A stretch of DNA of 32,000 nt from Synechococcus elongatus PCC 6301. Lineage in GTDB: Bacteria; Cyanobacteriota; Cyanobacteriia; Synechococcales; Synechococcaceae. The stretch lies in contig NC_006576.1 in the NCBI RefSeq assembly GCF_000010065.1, forward strand, positions 1,560,001-1,592,000, written 5' to 3'. Each line of letters begins with the position of its first letter. Within the stretch, counting starts at the first letter, position 1. A program made the position numbers and the translations under genes. This document shows, one piece after another, positions 8,278 through 15,955 of this stretch. A model generated the notes under the pieces. That model was not told where the DNA came from, searched no databases, and saw nothing but the letters and a program-made list of their open reading frames with translations.

Positions 8278-10813
8278 TATGATGAGCAATCGCACCCATC
8301 ATTTTTTTGATTTGTATTTCCCAAGACATTGTTTGGTGTATGGAAACAGAGTGGCTTAATGCTTTAGTTTTCTGTTCTTGGTAATTCTGATAAACCTTCT
8401 CTAACCATGCAACTACTTCTTCTGGGTCAGATTGTCCCCAACCTTCCGTGCCAACATAGGGATAGTAAGGTTTGACAGGGTTTTGAGTTTCCAGAGCGTC
8501 AATCCCAAATAAGTGGATGAGGTCTAGATGACCTGTATTTTTGGAGAGTAAGGTTGGGATTCCACAGGCGATCGCCTCCATCGCCACTAAGTTGGTTCCA
8601 CCCTCTGCCCGATTCGGGAAGATGGCAGCATGGGCTTCTCGAAAGACATGGGGCATTTGAATATTGGGTGTAAAGCCTAAGCAGTAAAAAGAATCTTCTG
8701 GCAAGCCATTCTCAATCAGCCATTGACTAATGTTTGATCTGAGGTCACCTTCTGTTTTGGGTAAGCCCTCTACATAGCCAGCATGTTGAAGGCCATTCAT
8801 ATATTGAGGCAATGCAGTACTCCAATTACAAAGCAATAAAGCCTCTGGGTGCTGTTGTTGGAAGTGTTTAAAAGCTTTAACAACAATATCCTGTCCTTTG
8901 CGATACTCTAGTTTGCCGCCTGAAAAGATGACAAACCGATCGCCAAAATAGCCAGCTGCTTGACTTGGCTGAAAGAGCGTAGGGTCTACACCTTGAGGAA
9001 TACCATAGGCATTGCCTTGATAATGTGCAGCGACTAGATCATTACACCATGTTGAACCAGAGATAATCACAGGCAAACGGTTAGCTCTCTCTTTTCCTGA
9101 GGGTGTTATATACGTGTCTTCCATAAAAATTAAGCCAGCCCTATGAGTAAAGGGAAATTCATACTCCCTAGACTGGAAATCATTCATCATTGCCTGCAAG
9201 ATCAGCAATTTCTGATTAAGTCCCTGATTGAGTCGCTTTAGTACATAATTATCATTCTCAGGATCTAAAACTGGGAGATCTAAAACTTGTGGATCAACTA
9301 GTGGATGGAAATCTTGGACATTTAAGTAAGGACTTTTGAGACAAATAGGAAACCATGACCCCTTTTGACGATAAATCTGAAGGATAAAATTAGTTCCGAA
9401 GACTCCCCAGCCCGTATAAGTTGAGATTAGCCAATCAAACGCGATTCCTCTTTGTTTCTTCTTGTTACAGTTACTTATAACTCTCTCTAAATCAGAATCT
9501 GGCTGAACATTATTGAGGATATTTGTCTGATCTTTTTCAAAAAGAGTAATAAAGTTCTTGACAGAATTTTCAGCAAACCGAATCTTATTTAACAAGAAAT
9601 TAATTTTGGTTAGTCTCAGATTACTTTCAAGCTGTAAGTCATCTGAGTTATTGTTTTCTAAATTGGCAGCTTCTGCAAGTGGACTTTGAAACTTGCGCAG
9701 TTGTCGGTCTAAACTATTGTTCGGATAGCGCTGGTATTGTACTGTTTCAACATCAATTTGAACACCATTGCAAAATCGATAAAGACAATCTCTCAGTGCA
9801 ATATCCTCTGTACATCTGAGCCGTTTATAAACTAACTGAGAAGGAAATCCCTCAACAAACTGAAAGACTGATCTTCTAACTACTAAATTGATTGGTAAAG
9901 AGTCTATGATTCGCTGATGCCACTCTGGCAATATCTCTTCGTCTACCTTGACCCCTAAGCTTACAAAGCCATAGGGCGGATGACCATTAATATTTCGGAT
10001 GAACTTGGTAACGTCTTGATCGAGTGAAATGCCCGCATATTCAAACAGCCGATCTAAAATCTGAGGCTCGTCGAGTGAAATCTCCAAGGCTAGCACGCCT
10101 AGAAGGAGATGTTTTTCTAAGAAGAGATCATCCCCATCGCAGAAAAAGAGAACTTCACCTTGGCTAAAATTGACGCCAGTGTTTCGTGCGATGCCAGCTC
10201 CCCGATTGAAGCGATGACAAACAAGCTGAAAATGAGTTTTGTTGTTAATGTAAGCTTGAATAACAGCAACCGTGTTATCCGTCGAAGCATCATCAACAAT
10301 GATGACTTCTATGTTATACAAGCTAGAGAAAGGCAAATTATCTTGGAAAAATTGAATCGACGCTTCAATACTTTTTAATGTCTGCTCAATTTTAGAAGCA
10401 CAATTATAGGTTGGAACAATGACAGCTAGCGACTGGGCTGAAGGTTGCCAATGTTGTGGAAACTGGTGTAGGCAATTGATTAGCTGGGTTGCTAATGGTT
10501 CAGGGATACGCTGTAAATCAGTATTCTGCTTTACAGTCTGCAAACAAGATTGATTGCGCTCTAGCAACGCACCGAGCAACCCAGTCTGACAATCTGTGCC
10601 ATGGCAGGCAATTTCTTCAATATTAACGCCATTTTCGCTGGCTGCCCAAGCCGCTTCAATCAGCGCTGTGTTGACTTGTTCTTCCTCAGTACCTGCCGTA
10701 TCAATCAACAGACTGGCTGTTTCCTGAGTGACTTGTTGCAGTGCTGCACTGATTTGCAGGACTGCTTTTTGATCAGGAGAAGCCCAATGCGGACGGAGCC
10801 AAAGAAGAGCCAT
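8267..10813 (-). CDS. Bifunctional glycosyltransferase: unknown N-terminal ~130 aa + GT2 domain + C-terminal GT1/GT4-type (GT-B) domain
   Basis: 848 aa. GT2: AVIVPTYNC, IIVDDASTDNT, GEVLFFCDGDDLF. GT-B: GWGVFGTN and FPNRAEGGTNLVAMEAIACGIPT. Its 3' end overlaps the convergent GT41 gene by 11 nt. Confidence 0.75.
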   Translation of the reverse strand: MALLWLRPHWASPDQKAVLQISAALQQVTQETASLLIDTAGTEEEQVNTALIEAAWAASENGVNIEEIACHGTDCQTGLLGALLERNQSCLQTVKQNTDLQRIPEPLATQLINCLHQFPQHWQPSAQSLAVIVPTYNCASKIEQTLKSIEASIQFFQDNLPFSSLYNIEVIIVDDASTDNTVAVIQAYINNKTHFQLVCHRFNRGAGIARNTGVNFSQGEVLFFCDGDDLFLEKHLLLGVLALEISLDEPQILDRLFEYAGISLDQDVTKFIRNINGHPPYGFVSLGVKVDEEILPEWHQRIIDSLPINLVVRRSVFQFVEGFPSQLVYKRLRCTEDIALRDCLYRFCNGVQIDVETVQYQRYPNNSLDRQLRKFQSPLAEAANLENNNSDDLQLESNLRLTKINFLLNKIRFAENSVKNFITLFEKDQTNILNNVQPDSDLERVISNCNKKKQRGIAFDWLISTYTGWGVFGTNFILQIYRQKGSWFPICLKSPYLNVQDFHPLVDPQVLDLPVLDPENDNYVLKRLNQGLNQKLLILQAMMNDFQSREYEFPFTHRAGLIFMEDTYITPSGKERANRLPVIISGSTWCNDLVAAHYQGNAYGIPQGVDPTLFQPSQAAGYFGDRFVIFSGGKLEYRKGQDIVVKAFKHFQQQHPEALLLCNWSTALPQYMNGLQHAGYVEGLPKTEGDLRSNISQWLIENGLPEDSFYCLGFTPNIQMPHVFREAHAAIFPNRAEGGTNLVAMEAIACGIPTLLSKNTGHLDLIHLFGIDALETQNPVKPYYPYVGTEGWGQSDPEEVVAWLEKVYQNYQEQKTKALSHSVSIHQTMSWEIQIKKMMGAIAHHIKI

Positions 10814-10898
10814 GCGGAAATTTTCAGGAACCTGAAATAAAAGCCTGCTGTAGGGGTAAGTTACTTCAAGAACAGCTCTCTTGCTGAGGATCTCCTGA

Positions 10899-11333
10899 AT
10901 GTCTGACTCCCTCCGTCTTCGTTATCTACAATATCTTGCCCAGCGTAAAGACGAACAAGGTGAAGAAGAAAAAGGTTTTACCCTTGTCGAGTTGCTGGTC
11001 GTTATCATTATCGTTGGCATCTTGGCAGCAGTTGCATTACCGAACCTGTTGGCTCAAACAGATAAAGCCTATGCCTCTGAAGGCAAATCAGCAGTCGGTG
11101 CTGCTCTTCGTACCCTTAGTGCGGCGACACTAGATCCTAACTACGTCACCAATGCGTCTTGTACACAGCTTGGTATTGGTAGCAGTGCAGGTAACTTTAA
11201 CATAACTTGCGGCAATGCTAGCCAAGTAACGGCTGCTGGAAGTGGTAAAGCAGCGAATATTAACGTGACTGGCACAATCGGGACAGACGGTAAATTTACC
11301 GTTATTGCAACCAAAGGCAGCGCAACTCTTTAA
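10899..11333 (+). CDS. pilA: Type IV pilin (prepilin), copy 1
   Basis: 144 aa. Class III signal peptide ...EEEKG|FTLVELLVVIIIVGILAAVALPNLL with Glu at +5. Long 26-aa charged leader. C-terminal Cys88-Cys104 pair. Confidence 0.9.
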   Translation: MSDSLRLRYLQYLAQRKDEQGEEEKGFTLVELLVVIIIVGILAAVALPNLLAQTDKAYASEGKSAVGAALRTLSAATLDPNYVTNASCTQLGIGSSAGNFNITCGNASQVTAAGSGKAANINVTGTIGTDGKFTVIATKGSATL

Positions 11334-11360
11334 CAGAAGAGTTAATAATATCGAATTTAT

Positions 11361-11412
11361 CTAATCAATAGACCTTTTCAAGGTAAAGCCTGTGAAAAGA
11401 TCTATTGATTAG
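11361..11412 (+). terminator. Long hairpin between the pilin copies (possible terminator, RNA-stabilising or regulatory stem-loop)
   Basis: Arms 11361-11380 (ctaatcaatagaccttttca) and 11393-11412 (tgaaaagatctattgattag) pair at 19 of 20 positions with a 12-nt loop. No clean U-tract follows. Confidence 0.4.
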
Positions 11413-11477
11413 TCATGAAGTTATTATCTCATTTCTCTAAGTAGAAGTCTAAATCTAAAAAGTGAGAGTGATCTAGA

Positions 11478-11483
11478 TATAAT
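11478..11483 (+). promoter_or_regulatory. Candidate -10 box (TATAAT) upstream of pilin copy 2
   Basis: Perfect tataat lies 39 nt upstream of the ATG at 11522, in an AT-rich spacer. A GAGG Shine-Dalgarno-like element sits at 11508-11511. No convincing -35. Confidence 0.3.
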
Positions 11484-11521
11484 TTGTATAAGCTATCTCT
11501 ATATTGAGAGGGTCACTCAAA

Positions 11522-11956
11522 ATGTCTGAATCGCTCCGTCTACGTTATCTGCAATATCTTGCCCAGCGTAAAGACGAACAAGGTGAAGAAGAAAAAGGTT
11601 TCACCCTTGTCGAGTTGCTGGTCGTTATCATCATCGTTGGCATCTTGGCAGCAGTTGCATTACCGAACCTGTTGGCTCAAACAGATAAAGCCTACGCCTC
11701 TGAAGGTAAATCAGCAGTCGGTGCTGCTCTTCGTACCCTTAGTGCGGCGACACTAGACCCTAACTACGTCACCAATGCGTCTTGTACACAGCTTGGTATT
11801 GGTAGCAGTGCAGGTAACTTTAACATAACTTGCGGCAATGCTAGCCAAGTAACGGCTGCTGGAAGTGGTAAAGCAGCGAATATTAACGTGACTGGCACAA
11901 TCGGGACAGACGGTAAGTTTACCGTTATTGCAACCAAAGGCAGCGCAACTCTTTAA
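11522..11956 (+). CDS. pilA: Type IV pilin (prepilin), copy 2
   Basis: 144 aa, identical to copy 1 except D3E. The start is set at the ATG homologous to copy 1; the ORF-track start at 11504 is a TTG extension. Confidence 0.9.
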   Translation: MSESLRLRYLQYLAQRKDEQGEEEKGFTLVELLVVIIIVGILAAVALPNLLAQTDKAYASEGKSAVGAALRTLSAATLDPNYVTNASCTQLGIGSSAGNFNITCGNASQVTAAGSGKAANINVTGTIGTDGKFTVIATKGSATL

Positions 11957-11970
11957 CAGAGTATTTAACA

Positions 11971-12009
11971 GTTTTTAGGAATTCGGGATATTCCCAAATT
12001 CCTAAAAAC
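11971..12009. terminator. Hairpin between convergent pilA copy 2 and the GT47-TPR-GT9 gene (putative bidirectional terminator)
   Basis: gtttttaggaattcggga / tcccaaattcctaaaaac pair at 17 of 18 positions with a 3-nt loop. It overlaps the stop codon of the minus-strand gene (12002-12004). Confidence 0.5.
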
Positions 12010-14368
12010 TTGAAAGCAGATGGGCAAAGTAACAAAGCTCTATAGAAGAGTACCAAGTTAATTCCAAGTTTTGCTGCCATCTCCAATCTGGTGGGTAAGC
12101 AAGAAGAACTTTTGCTGGTGTTCCCATTGCCCCTGCCAAATGCACGATCGCAGTATCCACCGTCACCAGTAGATCCAATTCCATCAACACCCGAGCCGTT
12201 GCTGAAAAATCCACCAAGCGATTGCTCCAATCCTGAATCCCTTCCGGTAACCTACCCTCATACCCCAACTGCAGACTCACCACTTCCAGATCTGACCTCT
12301 GCATACTTTCTCGCACCAGCTCCAACATTGCTTCTAGCGAACAGCTGCGCCGATCCGCTGTCGCACTCTTTTGTATTCCTGCCCGCTGACCCGCCAGCCA
12401 AACAATTCCAACCCGAAACTTGTGGTTTTGATCCTCACGAGGCGGTGGCAACGGACAAGGCAACCAACCCTCGCGATAGGGAATATCTTTTAAGCTCGGC
12501 CACACCAACCGAGGCAACGACAGCAACGGCACCTGAAAATCAAATAATTCTTCCGTTATCTGTGCCGGAATCACCTTAATGCCCAAACTTGCCAGCGGCT
12601 CCGCAAACAACGGCACTAGTACCGCATCCGTCTGGAACTGAATACGAGCCTGCGGATAGCGATCGCGCAGCACCCACAAGTAGCGACTGAACTGAATTTG
12701 ATCGCCATAGCCCTGCTCTCCCCACACCAATAGCGATCGCTGACCCAGCTCTACCCCCTGCCATCGTGGTTGCGGATAATGCGCCGCCAACGCTGCCAAA
12801 CTCGGCTCCGCAGCAAAGCGAGCTTCATAGATATCCCAACCTTCTGCCTTGCCCTGCCGCAACAAAATTTCTGCGATCGCCAGCTGAGCATTTGCTCGTT
12901 CTGGTTCTCGCGCCACCACCTGCTGATATAGCGATAGCGCCTGATCATACCGACCTGCCAAATTGAGCGTATCAGCTTGTAGCAGTAGGCGATCGATCGC
13001 TGCCGGTACCTCTTCTAGTAGTGCTTGACTAAGAGCTAATGCCTCTTCCCACTGTTCCTGCTGCCGCAACGCCACACAAAGATTGGTGCGCAATTTTGGA
13101 TGGTGGGGCTGTGCCTGCAATCCCTGTCGATAGATTGCGATCGCCGTATCCCATTCCCCGAGTTGCGTTTGCGCCACCCCCAGCAAGTTGTAATGCTCTC
13201 CCTGCTCTGCCTCCGGCATCACCATGGAATCCAGTAAGGCCAATGCTGCTTTGGGTTGCTGTTGCGTCAACGCTAAGCGTGCTTGCTCTAAAATCCGAGC
13301 TGGCGACCGGGGCAGTGTTGCCAAATAAGTTGCGGCTGCTTCCAGATCTCCCTTAAGTCGATACCGTTCCGCCTGAGACAACAACACCGCCTCAATCTCT
13401 ACCTCTGACGCAGAAGGATGAAGCGATCGCTGATCCAAGATTTGCCACAGCGTCTGCACCTGTCGTGCCAAAGAATAGAAATAGTGCTGATAAACCTGTT
13501 GCAAATGCTGCTGCATCACCTGCCATTGATCCGTTGAAATCGCTTGAAGGAGCTGCGGTAATTCCCAACAGCGATCTTCAGCAACAGATAGCGAAAACTC
13601 TGACCAATCCAGCAACTCCGAAAACGGTAGCACCCAATCATCAGCCAAAATGACCGGAATCGCCCCGCCTGCCATCACCTCTAGCAAGCGATAGGAAAAA
13701 ATATCATGGCCACGTGGAGCTACAGAAAAGCGCGATCGGGCAATTAAATCTGTATAGACTTGTTGCTCAGCGCTTAGTCCCTCAGCCTCATCCACATAAT
13801 TCAACGTCCCCCAATAGCTTTGCTGGATCAGCTCAGCTGCAATCTCGGGTGGCTGATGAAGCCGTTGTAATTGCTCCCGCACCGGATGACTATTAGCTCC
13901 CCGAAAACTGAGTAAAGTTGAGCGATCTCGGCTTGGATAGCAATGCTGATCTAAGAGTGGCATCGGAGGAAAACTCACATCAATGCCAACGCGATAGTTT
14001 CCCAGTGTATGGCAATGACTCACCACCACCACATCCGGCAATACCTGTGCGATCGCTGGCCACTGTGCCAATGGATTCATATTGATTAGCACCAAGGGCT
14101 TGCCATAGCCACTGACCGGATGATCAAACAGAAACGCTAAAATTTCTTCATCTGTTGGAAAGCGATCGCCCTTTAAAATCGCCTTACGTTGCGATCCGTA
14201 ATACGGCCAGTTGGTCTCTAGGGCAAAATCTGCATCCAGAAAAATATAGTCTGCCTGCTCAACCTTTTCAGTCCGTGCCGGATGATGTTTGAGAACAGTA
14301 AAGAAGCGATCGTGCCAAACCGTTCGAAATGACCAATCCCCAGCTTCAGCTAGATAAAAATAAGCCAT
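12002..14368 (-). CDS. Three-module protein: N-terminal exostosin-like (GT47) domain, central TPR repeats, C-terminal GT9-like (heptosyltransferase-fold) domain
   Basis: 788 aa. GT47-like: SRFSVAPRGHDIFSYRLLEVMAGGAIPVILADDWVLPFSELLDWSEFSLSV. TPRs: AIAIYRQGLQAQPHH, ALSLYQQVVAREPE. GT9-like: LLVWGEQGYGDQIQFSRYL, VTVDTAIVHLAGAMGTP, DWRW. Confidence 0.75.
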   Translation of the reverse strand: MAYFYLAEAGDWSFRTVWHDRFFTVLKHHPARTEKVEQADYIFLDADFALETNWPYYGSQRKAILKGDRFPTDEEILAFLFDHPVSGYGKPLVLINMNPLAQWPAIAQVLPDVVVVSHCHTLGNYRVGIDVSFPPMPLLDQHCYPSRDRSTLLSFRGANSHPVREQLQRLHQPPEIAAELIQQSYWGTLNYVDEAEGLSAEQQVYTDLIARSRFSVAPRGHDIFSYRLLEVMAGGAIPVILADDWVLPFSELLDWSEFSLSVAEDRCWELPQLLQAISTDQWQVMQQHLQQVYQHYFYSLARQVQTLWQILDQRSLHPSASEVEIEAVLLSQAERYRLKGDLEAAATYLATLPRSPARILEQARLALTQQQPKAALALLDSMVMPEAEQGEHYNLLGVAQTQLGEWDTAIAIYRQGLQAQPHHPKLRTNLCVALRQQEQWEEALALSQALLEEVPAAIDRLLLQADTLNLAGRYDQALSLYQQVVAREPERANAQLAIAEILLRQGKAEGWDIYEARFAAEPSLAALAAHYPQPRWQGVELGQRSLLVWGEQGYGDQIQFSRYLWVLRDRYPQARIQFQTDAVLVPLFAEPLASLGIKVIPAQITEELFDFQVPLLSLPRLVWPSLKDIPYREGWLPCPLPPPREDQNHKFRVGIVWLAGQRAGIQKSATADRRSCSLEAMLELVRESMQRSDLEVVSLQLGYEGRLPEGIQDWSNRLVDFSATARVLMELDLLVTVDTAIVHLAGAMGTPAKVLLAYPPDWRWQQNLELTWYSSIELCYFAHLLSSF

Positions 14369-14375
14369 GCAGCCA

Positions 14376-15719
14376 TCAAGCCTGAGTCAGAAACAGGCAC
14401 TGATCGCGTTCTAACTCAGCTAAGAAATTCCAAACCAACTCCGCTACTGCTTCCAACTCCCAAAGCTCACCCGTCACATAATCCAACGGTTGCAACTGTT
14501 GGAAGCGCTGTACCAACTCCTGCACAGACAGCACCTTCTCAAACAGGGGCTTAATCAACGCCCCAAACAGCGGCTCATAGGTCAACAGCCCCAAAAACTC
14601 CCCATGCAACGCCCGCGCCAAACTAAAGCGCTCTCGCAACTTCAGCTTCTCCTGCAACTGCTGCTCAATCCCCGATGTTGCCAACTGAGGATGCAACTGA
14701 ACCTTTAGCCCCAACCGTTGCTCTAGAGGTAAATTCTCCCAAGCTTGGGTAGGGGCTAACGGCTGCAGACTACACCAGAAATCAAACAGGCGATTGACCG
14801 GATGCAACAGGTCGTACAAATAAGCCTGATCCAGCAAACTCGCTTCCTGGATGCCTAATGCCCAAAACGCCGGAATTTGATCGCGATCGCCAAACAACTC
14901 ACTCAGCCGCCACAGCGGGGCTTGCACCATACCCAAAAATTCCAGCCCCGCAGTCTCCAAATACTGCCGCAGGTCTGGAACGCCATAACCCTTATCCGCC
15001 TGCAACAACAGATTTGCTAATAGCCATTGTTCGAGTTCATCTTGTTTCTCTTCTTTTTGCAGTTGTAGGGGCAGGTTCCAGACCGCAGCCCGACTCAAAA
15101 CCCCTGGTTGCAGCGCATTCATTAACTCTGTCACTGCTTCCATTTCTGCCGCCTCTGGATTGCCATCCAGAAATCCTAGAAACTTGAACAGTTCCTGTAA
15201 GCGGTAATGAGCAATTCGTTGATTCTTAGAGTGTAAATTGGCGCGAATAATCCCATCAGGCTTTAGCACCGCTTTCATTTGCCCCAGCGCTGCTGCAGGA
15301 TCATCAAAAAAATAGAGCAGCTCATCACAATTGATATAGTCAAATGCGATCTCGAGCTGACCAATCTCATCCAGCCCCAGCGCATAGAACTTGACTTCGG
15401 GGAAGCCCTGAAACTTGAGTCGCTCCTGCGCTAGCTCCACCGACTTCAGCGATAGATCCACCCCAATAATTTCAGCGCCTGGATTGGCTAGCGCCAGCAT
15501 CAACGTCTTGTAGCCGCTGCCACAACCCACATCTAGAATGCAAGCGCCTTCGGTTGCTTTCAGACTGCGATCGCGCCGATAGAAAGCCGAACGAATATCG
15601 TGAATCGCCAGCGCCCCATAGTTTTCCTTGGGCGTTGCCTCCAACGGCACCCGTGGATAGGGCCCATAGTCAAACTGCGCACGGATCCGTTCCAAAGCCT
15701 CAGATGACAGTGAAGACAT
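14376..15719 (-). CDS. Class I SAM-dependent methyltransferase with ~270-aa C-terminal extension of unknown function
   Basis: 447 aa. Motif I ILDVGCGSGYKTL, IIGVDLS, VLKPDGII. AGGAG Shine-Dalgarno element just upstream of the ATG. Its stop lies 7 nt before the next gene start. Confidence 0.75.
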   Translation of the reverse strand: MSSLSSEALERIRAQFDYGPYPRVPLEATPKENYGALAIHDIRSAFYRRDRSLKATEGACILDVGCGSGYKTLMLALANPGAEIIGVDLSLKSVELAQERLKFQGFPEVKFYALGLDEIGQLEIAFDYINCDELLYFFDDPAAALGQMKAVLKPDGIIRANLHSKNQRIAHYRLQELFKFLGFLDGNPEAAEMEAVTELMNALQPGVLSRAAVWNLPLQLQKEEKQDELEQWLLANLLLQADKGYGVPDLRQYLETAGLEFLGMVQAPLWRLSELFGDRDQIPAFWALGIQEASLLDQAYLYDLLHPVNRLFDFWCSLQPLAPTQAWENLPLEQRLGLKVQLHPQLATSGIEQQLQEKLKLRERFSLARALHGEFLGLLTYEPLFGALIKPLFEKVLSVQELVQRFQQLQPLDYVTGELWELEAVAELVWNFLAELERDQCLFLTQA

Positions 15720-15905
15720 AGGCTCCTAAGTGGCAGCGATCGTATTTTGGCAGCCTACCCTGTCTAAGTCAGCTTGTTATCAAGCAGCCTAGCGGTCATT
15801 CGCAGCCTAATTGCTTCAAACCTACCCACCATGCCCATCTAGAGACACCATAAAGCCCCTTAGCCTGCTCAGTTTTCTACGTTTTGCTGGAGCTGCAAAG
15901 AAAAA

Positions 15906-15934
15906 AGGACTAGCAGTCGCAGCAGAATAGTCCT
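15906..15934 (-). terminator. Weak intrinsic-terminator-like hairpin downstream of the TPR-GT9 gene
   Basis: aggacta / tagtcct forms a 7-bp stem with a 15-nt loop. On the minus strand it is followed by a T-run (plus-strand a-run at 15897-15906). Confidence 0.3.
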
Positions 15935-15955
15935 ACAACTCAGTAAGGATTCAGT

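Larger units (their letters stand above)
10899..11963 (+). repeat. Tandem direct duplication of the pilin CDS (unit offset 623 bp)
   Basis: 10899-11340 and 11522-11963 align without gaps. There are 10 mismatches in the 435-nt CDS. Homology starts at the ATG and ends 4 nt after the stop. Confidence 0.95.

Noticed and set aside
10899-10976. The 26-aa pilin leader as a novelty
   Set aside because: As far as I recall, long charged leaders are normal for cyanobacterial major pilins, for example in Synechocystis. I note it in the feature evidence only.
11504-11521. TTG-initiated 6-codon extension of pilA copy 2 (MRGSLK...)
   Set aside because: Copy 1 has no equivalent. Homology between the copies begins exactly at the ATG (11522), which also has a GAGG element 10 nt upstream.
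12091-13896. Several plus-strand ORFs of 60-162 aa (12091..12579, 12766..12966, 13039..13356, 13465..13653, 13714..13896)
   Set aside because: All are antisense to the well-supported 788-aa glycosyltransferase gene. They are Pro/Ala/Ser-rich with no motifs, which makes them typical shadow ORFs.
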